A stretch of DNA of 64,000 nt, from IMG/VR virus record IMGVR_UViG_3300014205_000007, positions 1-64,000 of that record; one strand, given 5' to 3'. Within the stretch, counting starts at the first letter, position 1; each line of letters starts with the position of its first letter. Below the pieces are notes generated by a model. The model saw nothing but the letters and a program-made list of their open reading frames with translations, was not told the origin of the DNA and did no database searches. The position numbers and the translations under genes were made by a program. Source of the DNA: a virus. Its lineage: Duplodnaviria; Caudoviricetes. Of this stretch, positions 9,199-17,091 are shown piece by piece.

Positions 9199-9930
9199 TC
9201 ACGCGCCTCGGCGGCTGGGTTTGGGGTTGTGATCAGGGTTGCCGCCCTGATCGGTGTCTGGGGAGGCGAAAGCCTCCCCATTCTCGTTAGAAGGCAAGCT
9301 GTAGGTATTGCCGACCTTCTTCAGTTGCCCCTTATCGACCATCCTCGCGAGTAAATTGTAGACCGAGTTTCGATTGTTAATTCCCGACAGCGGGTGCGAC
9401 GCCAGCATTTCGACCAGTTCATGGGACTCCGCGCGTCCATTGCGACGGATAAAGTCCCGAACCAAATCAGCCGATGCGGAACGGATGGGGGGCTTGGCGG
9501 GCGGCAGTTCTGCCGTACGGCCAGCCTGAACATCCTGCAAATACCGCTTGAGGAGGAAAGGCAGAAACAGCCTGCCCTCGTGGTCCATAATGGCGCCACG
9601 CGACTTCAGCTTGTCTATCGACCCGTAGAACGCAGCATTGGTTTCTTGCAGGCGCGGACCTAGATGGGTTTTGGCAACAGCATCTCGCAATTCGGCACGC
9701 GTAGCGCCGTGCGGGAAATCGGCTAGCAAATCAACGATGGTTTTCGGCCATCCTTTTGCATGCCGCCGAACGCGTCCGATCTCAGGATCGACTGGAGTAA
9801 TCTCTACGCTGACCTTTGTCGGGATCATCCCATGCGCGCGAACGAGTTCAAAGGCGCGTTCCAGCTCTTCAGCGTCACGCCGCGCCTTTTCAAAGATCTT
9901 TCGTTTCGCTGCTTCTAGGTCATCGCTCAT
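9199..9930 (-). CDS. IS passenger hypothetical protein with two wHTH-like segments
   Basis: GATRAELRDA.. and NSVYNLLARMVDKGQLKKVGNTYSL. Confidence 0.6.
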   Translation of the reverse strand: MSDDLEAAKRKIFEKARRDAEELERAFELVRAHGMIPTKVSVEITPVDPEIGRVRRHAKGWPKTIVDLLADFPHGATRAELRDAVAKTHLGPRLQETNAAFYGSIDKLKSRGAIMDHEGRLFLPFLLKRYLQDVQAGRTAELPPAKPPIRSASADLVRDFIRRNGRAESHELVEMLASHPLSGINNRNSVYNLLARMVDKGQLKKVGNTYSLPSNENGEAFASPDTDQGGNPDHNPKPSRRGA

Positions 9931-10084
9931 GTGAATACCCATCGCGTTAAGCATGCTGTAAAGCAGACTCACTGATGGGTCAATGGGGCATTGATGGAAT
10001 TCCACATCATCCGGCATGGGCGCACCCAAGCTCTAAGCTTATATATCTAAGATGCTGTTTTATATGAATTTCTGCGTTTGCTAC

Positions 10085-10384
10085 CTAATTCCGGATCGCC
10101 AAGACAGGTTCGGGCGGCAGCTTGATGCCTTGCATCTCGGCAAGCTGCCGCGGCGACAAGCAAGTGACGGTGTCGAGGAAGCTCTGCAAAACATACCGCC
10201 ACGCCACGGGGCGGATTGGTAGTTGGCGTGGCGGTTCGATATTGTACCAATAACCGTCTTCCAAGAGCGCGACGGCATGCGTCAGCCGCATAGGGCCAAA
10301 CCTATCGTCCACGATAACCTCACACGGTTGGCCCACTTTGGCCGTACCTATCCAGCGCCACGGGTTGTCATCGTCGTCTTCCAA
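10085..10384 (-). CDS. Hypothetical protein whose 3' end is interrupted by the IS
   Basis: GGAG RBS; removing the IS restores the ending ...VLAIYVAP*. Confidence 0.6.
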   Translation of the reverse strand: MEDDDDNPWRWIGTAKVGQPCEVIVDDRFGPMRLTHAVALLEDGYWYNIEPPRQLPIRPVAWRYVLQSFLDTVTCLSPRQLAEMQGIKLPPEPVLAIRN

Positions 10385-10555
10385 TCCTGGCTCCTTTTGT
10401 TGACGCCGCTTCGGTATCGACCTTAGCGGATGCGCTGGCTTCCACGAGCCCTAATGCGATCTCAAACTGTCCGAAGGAAAAGTCGCACAAGACGTTGCTA
10501 CGCATGATCCGAAGCAAGATCGCTTTGTGGTCCATCTTCCTTCCCCTCGCGCTGC

Positions 10556-10762
10556 CTACTCACTGTCAGCCCAGCCGACCCGGCCGATGTGAAGACCACA
10601 AGCCGCACACTTCACGAGCGGAAATCCGCCATTGCGGTCGTAAGTGTGCGTGAACGTTTTGTTCTGGCAGTGCATACACGCAAGGTAGTCCATCCTGTCA
10701 AATACTTGATCTGGATTGCTAAACTTCAGGAAGACCACCTTGCCGCCGCCATCATCCATCAT
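10556..10762 (-). CDS. Small Zn-ribbon protein
   Basis: CMHCQNKTF...CAACG. Confidence 0.6.
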   Translation of the reverse strand: MMDDGGGKVVFLKFSNPDQVFDRMDYLACMHCQNKTFTHTYDRNGGFPLVKCAACGLHIGRVGWADSE

Positions 10763-10909
10763 CCATCTTCTCTTCCTTTCCCTACATCGCTGGTGAGGCG
10801 TCCAACCCATTTAACTCCGTGCCGTGGCTATTTGGCTATGCTATCTTGCGTCCGAATCTACTACTCTGCGCGCTTAAAGTCATGCGTTACTCCAGTCTTG
10901 AGGATACGC

Positions 10910-11878
10910 ATGCCGGCCAAAATCCCCGTTGTTCTCGACATCTCGCATCATAACACGGTGAAATCGTTCGCCGAAGTGCGCATGTCTGGAATCCAGGGGA
11001 TCATCCACAAAGCCTCGCAAGGGGCGACGATGGGAGATAAGACCTATGCCAAGCGCCGCAAGGACGCTGCGGCAGTAGGACTCCTGTGGGGCTGTTACCA
11101 TTTTGCCGATAGCTCTACCGTTAAAACCCAGGTCTCGAACTTTCTCCGCAACGCCGACCCCGACGAAAACACCCTCCTATGCCTCGATTGGGAGCCCAAC
11201 GGCAAACGGACTATGTCCGTCGATCAGGCCAAGGAGTTCCTGCAACTCGTCTATGAGAAAACCGGACAACGGCCCGTCCTCTATTCCGGAAACCTCATCA
11301 AGGAGCAGGTCAAAAAACCCGATGACTTCCTGTGCCTGCACCGTCTCTGGATAGCACAGTATGGCCCGAAAGTCATCCTCCCGAAGGGCTGGGACACCTA
11401 CTGGCTTTGGCAGTTCACTGAAAAATTTAATGAAGCCCAAGGCGTTACGGGGCTTGTTGACGCCAACTATTTCGGGGGATCAGACCTCGCCGCGGAATGG
11501 ACCGGGATCAAGCCAAAGATCACGGTGGCGGTGGATAACACCAAAGTCAAGGCCCCCATCGAAATCCCCAAGTCGCCGGAAAAGGTCACGCCCAAGGACC
11601 TCGTTCCCGTTTCCCGCAAGGCCAACGCTCTCAATTGGTTGAAGCGTAAGTGGCAGGTCATTTTGGGTCTTTTCAGCATCGACCAGATCATGCAGGCGTT
11701 AGGTGTGGCCCAGGACACTCGGACCAAGGTCGAGGGATTTGTCTCCGACCACGCCGCAGTGATCTATATCACTATCGCCATCACATCGCTCATGGCCGTG
11801 ATTTATATCATGAACCTCATGGCCGATGACGCCAACGAGGGACGTTATACCCCTTCAAAATCGGAGCCGTCAGCATGA
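10910..11878 (+). CDS. Endolysin, GH25 muramidase, with a C-terminal hydrophobic extension
   Basis: LDISHHN, HKASQG, YHF, LDWE, LWIAQY, WLWQFT, VDAN. Confidence 0.92.
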   Translation: MPAKIPVVLDISHHNTVKSFAEVRMSGIQGIIHKASQGATMGDKTYAKRRKDAAAVGLLWGCYHFADSSTVKTQVSNFLRNADPDENTLLCLDWEPNGKRTMSVDQAKEFLQLVYEKTGQRPVLYSGNLIKEQVKKPDDFLCLHRLWIAQYGPKVILPKGWDTYWLWQFTEKFNEAQGVTGLVDANYFGGSDLAAEWTGIKPKITVAVDNTKVKAPIEIPKSPEKVTPKDLVPVSRKANALNWLKRKWQVILGLFSIDQIMQALGVAQDTRTKVEGFVSDHAAVIYITIAITSLMAVIYIMNLMADDANEGRYTPSKSEPSA

Positions 11879-12465
11879 ATATGGTCGGGTTTGTTGCCTC
11901 GGGCGCGGTGCTTTATGTGATCCTTGGTTTTGGGGCTGCTGTTCTTCTTCTGCTCATCTGGAAGTGGCCGTTGGTTCTTTCTTGGGTTATGTGGCCGTTC
12001 AAATGGGTAGGTAATAAGATTTTTGCCAGCTCCGTTGGGAAATGGGTTGCCTCAACGTGGGCGTGGCGATGGCTCGAAAAGCAGCAATACGACCCGCCTG
12101 CCAAACCCCTGACATGGTGGGTGTCGCGCGGGTTGGTGGTTCTGTTCTTCTGGGCCGTCATCTCTGCTGTGGTATGGACGCATGGACGTAAAACCGGACG
12201 CATGGAAGTTGCTGCCACTGTGGCCCCAGTGCAAGGGGCGTTCATGGACAAGGACGCCGAAGGCTGGCGCAACGAGTTCCGTAAATGCTCCGCCGAGCTT
12301 GATGCAGCGAGGGTCCCGGAGGTTAAACCCCTGACGATTTTGGATGCTCCAGTTATCGTTTCCGCTCCACCGGCCGTCAAAGTACAGCCGTTGAAGCAGT
12401 TCCGCACAGTCTGCAAGCCTGACTGGCTGTGTGCCGTGGATAAAAAGATTGGGATTGGTAAATAA
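11875..12465 (+). CDS. Membrane protein in the lysis cassette
   Basis: Two hydrophobic segments; ATGA overlap with the lysin. Confidence 0.65.
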   Translation: MNMVGFVASGAVLYVILGFGAAVLLLLIWKWPLVLSWVMWPFKWVGNKIFASSVGKWVASTWAWRWLEKQQYDPPAKPLTWWVSRGLVVLFFWAVISAVVWTHGRKTGRMEVAATVAPVQGAFMDKDAEGWRNEFRKCSAELDAARVPEVKPLTILDAPVIVSAPPAVKVQPLKQFRTVCKPDWLCAVDKKIGIGK

Positions 12466-12791
12466 TGTTCGGCCTTTCCCTCACTCGCTTGGCGATAACC
12501 CTTGGGCTTGGCGCCGCGCTTGTTCTCGGACTCCTGTGGGCCGGGAATTTCTATGGCCCCAATGGACGGTGGAGGGTGAACAGAGAGGCGGCGGATAAAG
12601 CTTTGAATGCGGTTTTAACCGACCTTGCCGAACGGGAAGATACAGTTGGCATCGGCGTTGACACGGATTTGGCGGCCTTGAACAAGGAATTCTCTGGGGT
12701 GAAAGAAACTTTGGCCAGATGTATCATTGACGCCAGCCAAGCCAGCGCCTTGGCGCGTCGCGCAGCCGATTTAAACAAGGCAAGAAAATGA
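12465..12791 (+). CDS. Putative i-spanin (Rz-like)
   Basis: N-terminal TM, helical domain, Cys near the C-terminus; overlaps a lipoprotein gene. Confidence 0.6.
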   Translation: MFGLSLTRLAITLGLGAALVLGLLWAGNFYGPNGRWRVNREAADKALNAVLTDLAEREDTVGIGVDTDLAALNKEFSGVKETLARCIIDASQASALARRAADLNKARK

Positions 12792-13018
12792 AGTTGGGAG
12801 CCGTCTTACTTACCGCCTGCTTGGTTTGCGGATGCGCAACGATACCGGCCAAGCCGCGCGGCCCTTCGGGGCGGTGCATGAAGAGTGCGGACAAGCTTCC
12901 TGCTCCGAAAGTCGGCGAAAGTCTGGTAGATAAGTACGGTGAGCTTCAGTCCCAGTATACAGATATGGCGCAGCGTAATGATTGCTTGCAGCGCTATGTG
13001 CAAGCCGTAACCAAATAG
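12788..13018 (+). CDS. Putative o-spanin lipoprotein (Rz1-like)
   Basis: Lipobox-like LVCG/C; Pro-rich; additional Cys. Confidence 0.65.
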   Translation: MKLGAVLLTACLVCGCATIPAKPRGPSGRCMKSADKLPAPKVGESLVDKYGELQSQYTDMAQRNDCLQRYVQAVTK

Positions 13019-13048
13019 ATCGCCGGGGGCATAAAATGAGGTACGATA

Positions 13049-13450
13049 ATGGACTACAGGGAGCCGGAATGGAGCCGCCCGCCCCCGAGGGATTTGCAGA
13101 ATTCACCGAGCGAGTTTCATTTCTCCCTCGGTATGAGAATGGGCGAAACAGTTACCCATCTCCAGGCGTTGAGGGAGGAGGTGCGGGAATTACCAGAGCA
13201 GATCGCGCTACATTTAGGGGCCGAGTTGAGGCACTGGGGCATGGCGCCGACAGAGACTCCAAAGAGCGGCTTCGTCGCAGCGCTGAAGCATTGGATGAAG
13301 TTCTTAGAGAGCGGGCTGCCCTACGTGCAACTGGCAAAACGAATGGCCATAGCCACGATCCTGCTCGCCACGGCGGTCATCGGGAACTACAACCCAGCTC
13401 TGGCCAAGAGCCTGGCGGAGAAGGCCATTGGATTGATTCTCGGCCAGTAA
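13049..13450 (+). CDS. Membrane protein, possible holin/lysis accessory
   Basis: Coiled N-terminus and C-terminal TM; last gene of the lysis cassette. Confidence 0.5.
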   Translation: MDYREPEWSRPPPRDLQNSPSEFHFSLGMRMGETVTHLQALREEVRELPEQIALHLGAELRHWGMAPTETPKSGFVAALKHWMKFLESGLPYVQLAKRMAIATILLATAVIGNYNPALAKSLAEKAIGLILGQ

Positions 13451-13766
13451 AGGTGGGCCTTAGGATGCTGTGCTGGGCCGGGTGGGCTGGAATTTTCATT
13501 GCTATCGTGAGATCATCATACCTGCATTTCAGCTCCTAGCGTAGACGCCCAGAAGCGCCAAGGCAATCTGTGTCGATCCAAGGACCAGGATGGCACCCAA
13601 GGCAACAACAATGATCTTATAAGCAATCGTCATCGTGGTTCCCATGACGTTGGCTATCTGCTACAACTAAGGCGACTACGATGTGCTCTTTGACAAGTTA
13701 ACCCTCAGATGTGGCCGCTCATTAGGCGGCCCTATGTCTATCGTCTACATCTGCCCGGCCTTTTTC

Positions 13767-13959
13767 TCAGCGTTGCTCGGTGACTTCAAACGCCTTCGGC
13801 ACATAGCCATGCTCGGCGTCCAGTCGGCTCAAGCGTTCAACCTCGTCAAGCGCACCCGCCGACGTGGCGAACCTACCGACGATCTTGCCTCCGTAGCGCA
13901 GAAGAAACGGGCGCTCGCGTGCTACCATCAGGGCTTCAACGGTTACTAGGTCGCTTCAT
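13767..13959 (-). pseudogene. Small ORF with an apparent +1 frameshift at codon 2 (alternatively starts at ATG 13928)
   Basis: Removing one A from ATGAAGC gives a 63-aa ORF MSDLVTVEALMVARERPF...EQR directly after the conserved linker. Confidence 0.45.
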
Positions 13960-13973
13960 GGCTCGGGCCTTTC

Positions 13974-14630
13974 TTAGACAGCCAAAATCATCTGCCGAAC
14001 CCATTCCGGCAGCATGGCGATACGGGCTCCGTTAATCGCGTTGTAGTCATAGCCCTTCGACTTGGTGTCCATGTAGTGGAGCAACCACAAGAACGGCTGC
14101 TCAATCCACGGGGACAGCAGTTCGCCACGTGCCTTCAGCCGGTCCATGTTGAACAGCAGCGCTTCACGAGCGTCATGGTTGCCGACCCAAACGCCGTCCT
14201 CGGTTCCGTGTCCTGACGATGTGCATTCCCACTTCGGCGCGTAGGCTGAATAGCGCCAGTTGTAGTACACGCTGGCAGCGTTGACATGGAGTGCGTTGTA
14301 AGTGTCGAACCGCAACAGAAGCCCGTCGCGCGTTGCATAGACGAACATCTGTTCCGGCTCGCCGCGGTCGTTCTCGAACGGGAGGCAAAGAACTTGCTCG
14401 AACCCGTATGCCTCGACGATCTCACAATAGCGATCGAGCTTGTTCGAAAACGTCGTATCGCCGCGATCCGTAAGCATACGCTCCTTGGCGGCGGCGTTCG
14501 CCTGCATCAAGCCGATACCGACCGCCATCGTAAGCGGATCATCGACGTGTATGCTTCCGCCCATCAGCTTCTCTGCGGTGTCTAGCGCGTCGAAGCGCAG
14601 AGCATCAGCGACTTGCTTGTTCGTAGCCAT
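13974..14630 (-). CDS. Phage hypothetical protein
   Basis: 218-aa ORF with protein-like composition, preceded by the linker motif. Confidence 0.8.
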   Translation of the reverse strand: MATNKQVADALRFDALDTAEKLMGGSIHVDDPLTMAVGIGLMQANAAAKERMLTDRGDTTFSNKLDRYCEIVEAYGFEQVLCLPFENDRGEPEQMFVYATRDGLLLRFDTYNALHVNAASVYYNWRYSAYAPKWECTSSGHGTEDGVWVGNHDAREALLFNMDRLKARGELLSPWIEQPFLWLLHYMDTKSKGYDYNAINGARIAMLPEWVRQMILAV

Positions 14631-14642
14631 CGGTCGGGGCCT

Positions 14643-14801
14643 TTACTGCGGGGTTAGAGTGCGCTTAAAAAAGTAGACGCGCGAGCCATTGTCGTTCGCG
14701 TCCTCTAGCAGAACCGTCACAAGCTCCCATCCCGCCTCGCCGCAAGCGGCTACGTCGTACCAACTGTTGGCTCGGAGGCTTAGAAATTCCCACTTCTGCA
14801 T
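14643..14801 (-). CDS. Small DUF4177-like protein (52 aa, not in the ORF track)
   Basis: MQKWEF...CGEAGWELVTV...YFFKR. Confidence 0.65.
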   Translation of the reverse strand: MQKWEFLSLRANSWYDVAACGEAGWELVTVLLEDANDNGSRVYFFKRTLTPQ

Positions 14802-14974
14802 GGCTCGGGCCTTTGTTTGGAGGTTTCGATGCGGCGGCGTTCACGCTCGCCCATGTCGTACCAACGCACCACGTTGATGCTGTTGCAAACCGTGCAGCGA
14901 CCGCGCCGGTCCACAATCTTCTCTCCGCGCCGACCGCAGTCCCGGCAATACAGCGTCAAAATCGTGAGCGGCAT
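14780..14974 (-). CDS. Small Zn-ribbon protein
   Basis: CRDCG...CTVCNS. Confidence 0.6.
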   Translation of the reverse strand: MPLTILTLYCRDCGRRGEKIVDRRGRCTVCNSINVVRWYDMGERERRRIETSKQRPEPCRSGNF

Positions 14975-14991
14975 GGGCTCGGGCCTTTTCC

Positions 14992-15276
14992 TCAGTCTCT
15001 GTGGAAGCCGTGAGCGGCGGACACGTTTTGAAGGACGAGGAACGCCTGTTTTTCGTCCTTGCCTTCACGGCCGGCCTCGTAGCCCGCGATCTCATACCAA
15101 GGCGTCATCGCGTTGAAGCTCAGCCGGGTCGGGCGCTTGCCCTGGGAAACGGCGAGACCATCCTTGTAGGCGTTTACGAAGGCCAATTCAGCCCAAAACG
15201 GCAGTTCCTCGGTGGTGCGCTTCACCTTCTTTACCCGCTTCGGGCGAACCGTTCCGTCCATCCTCAGAGCAACCAT
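14992..15276 (-). CDS. Hypothetical protein
   Basis: GGAG RBS; divergent from the resolvase remnant. Confidence 0.6.
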   Translation of the reverse strand: MVALRMDGTVRPKRVKKVKRTTEELPFWAELAFVNAYKDGLAVSQGKRPTRLSFNAMTPWYEIAGYEAGREGKDEKQAFLVLQNVSAAHGFHRD

Positions 15277-15386
15277 TGCCGTTCTCCGTTGTTCAGTGAA
15301 AAGAACATAGCAAATCGGCTTGACTTGTGCAAGTAGTCTGTTTATTCTGGCATGGACGCTTTGCACAATTACCGCTTAGAAGGCTC

Positions 15387-15548
15387 ATGCCTTCAAAGAA
15401 ATTGCACACCCCACCGGCGTGGCCGCGCCTCATCGGCTACGCCCGAGTGTCCACCGTTGAGCAAAATCTCGACATGCAACTTGCTGCCCTCAGGGCGTGG
15501 CGCCGGGCACGATCTACAATGCGATCCGTGGAACAATCAGTGCGCTGA
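15387..15548 (+). pseudogene. Truncated serine resolvase/invertase
   Basis: LIGYARVSTVEQNLDMQLAALR catalytic N-terminus, after which similarity is lost and a stop follows. Confidence 0.85.
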
Positions 15549-15921
15549 AGGGCAAGCCGAAGCGCACGAAGCCGAAAGCAACTTAGGAGGCTCTATCACT
15601 GCCGACACGGGAATGGGGGACAACCGAAAGCGATCCGCCCTCCCACTCACATCAACAGCACGGGCTGGCTACGACCATGACGGCGTTAGCGGAAGCGAGT
15701 CGGGTTCATGGCAACGTGGCAAAGTCAGTAGGGACGCATCCGCGATGGGCTAAGTTCGGACGTAGGGCGCTGGCTCGTAGATCACAACGACGCGCTTCAG
15801 CGGTCGCCGCCCGGGTCCATCAACCTGTGGCACATGCTGACGGACCTTGCATTCAGCGTTGAGGGCGACGCCGCGACCGGCGAGGCCGGAACCGACAACG
15901 AGTGACGCAAAGGAGCCACCC

Positions 15922-16080
15922 GTGATCGTCCACAAACGCCCAGGCACGAAATTCATTGCTGCATTCGACGCGCCGCTCAAGTTGGAGCGCGACGGCGACC
16001 GCATCAAAGTGAAGGCCAAGGGTAGCGGACGACTGCTCGCCTTCCTAACGAAGCTGGGCGTCGTCAAGATCGAGAAATAG
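15922..16080 (+). CDS. Small hypothetical protein
   Basis: AAGGAG RBS with a GTG start. Confidence 0.5.
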   Translation: MIVHKRPGTKFIAAFDAPLKLERDGDRIKVKAKGSGRLLAFLTKLGVVKIEK

Positions 16081-16089
16081 GAGAAGCAG

Positions 16090-16323
16090 ATGCACGTCCG
16101 GTTCTCTCGCGTGAACACTGACGACAACCGTTTTGACCGCATCGGCTACGTCTCTGACGTGACGGCCGACGACTTCGAACGGATGCGGCGGGAGTGCGCC
16201 GCGAACGACGGCGATAGCGAGGACTTGGTTGCCGACCTTATGGAAGGCTTCGACCTTCTCGACGTTGTTATTATGTCGCGGCAGATGCACCTACGCGCTG
16301 CCAGCATTTTGAAACTTCGCTAG
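16090..16323 (+). CDS. Small hypothetical protein
   Basis: AGGAG RBS. Confidence 0.6.
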   Translation: MHVRFSRVNTDDNRFDRIGYVSDVTADDFERMRRECAANDGDSEDLVADLMEGFDLLDVVIMSRQMHLRAASILKLR

Positions 16324-16583
16324 TCAAAAATTGGAGGCACCCGTGAAGCACACCTGCGGCGGCGCATATTGGGGGAATGAGCGGGTGGACGGCGTCATCC
16401 GCCTATTGGCGGTGGGATGTTCCTAGAGCCGGATATGGGTGTGGCTGGCAATTGCCGTCGTATGGTTCGCGTTCGCGATGTACGCCGTCACGCGACCGCA
16501 CGATTTGCCGAATGCAAGTAGACAATAAGGAGCCGACCATGATCGAGGGCAGCATCACTAAGTGAGGAAGGGAGAGCGAGCAA

Positions 16584-16796
16584 ATGACCAACGTCGTCAA
16601 GCTAAAGCTGGTTGAGGTCGGAGAAGGCTTTCGCTTCGATGCAGACCAGATTCTAGAGGCCGCAAAGGGCCAGAAGTTCGCTCGGCTTGTTATCCTCGGC
16701 GAACTGGATGACGGCGAGACGTACGTCGCTGGGACTGCTAACGCAGGGGAAACGCTGGTTCTCATCGAGATGGCCAAGCGCGTAATCGTGCCGTGA
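16584..16796 (+). CDS. Small hypothetical protein
   Basis: GGAG RBS; MTNVVKL...DQILEAAKG...LVILG pattern. Confidence 0.65.
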   Translation: MTNVVKLKLVEVGEGFRFDADQILEAAKGQKFARLVILGELDDGETYVAGTANAGETLVLIEMAKRVIVP

Positions 16797-16812
16797 GGGG
16801 GAAGTCTTAGAG

Positions 16813-17091
16813 TTGCGTATCTTGATAAACAGACCCCATGCCGCTCGCTGGGTCAAATGGGCATGGGCATGGGTCGTGTACGTGGCGTTCCTTGTTGCTA
16901 TAGGTATTCATCTGCGCCCAAGACCGGACGAAATTGCTTTTGTACTCTTGCTCCCGGTCTGGCTCGTATTCCTGCCCTACCTTCTACTTTGCTTTTTAGG
17001 AGCGATCTTGAAGTCCTACTTATTTCCGTGGTTTCGCGGACGGGCTCTCGCTTGGGAGGCTCGGCAGCAGATCAGAGAGCGGCCCCGATGA
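16813..17091 (+). CDS. Small two-TM membrane protein converging on the ejection genes
   Basis: Two long hydrophobic stretches. Confidence 0.5.
   Translation: MRILINRPHAARWVKWAWAWVVYVAFLVAIGIHLRPRPDEIAFVLLLPVWLVFLPYLLLCFLGAILKSYLFPWFRGRALAWEARQQIRERPR

Larger units (their letters stand above)
6778..10093 (-). mobile_element. IS1595-family passenger-carrying element (ISNha5-like group), 3316 bp
   Basis: TIRs cggacttaggtagcaaacgcag (6778-6799) and ctgcgtttgctacctaattccg (10072-10093), 21/22 match; 8-bp TSD gatcgcca at 6770-6777 and 10094-10101; CGGnnTT ends. Confidence 0.95.

Noticed and set aside
13748-14988. CRISPR array
   Set aside because: Repeats are ~16 bp, separated by whole genes of variable length; no cas genes
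15281-15294. LexA box upstream of the resolvase remnant
   Set aside because: Spacing is GTTC-N6-GTTC, not N7
13687-16812. Terminal inverted repeats for the resolvase island (ctct..gac..ccctca)
   Set aside because: The match is weak and gapped, and there is no target-site duplication
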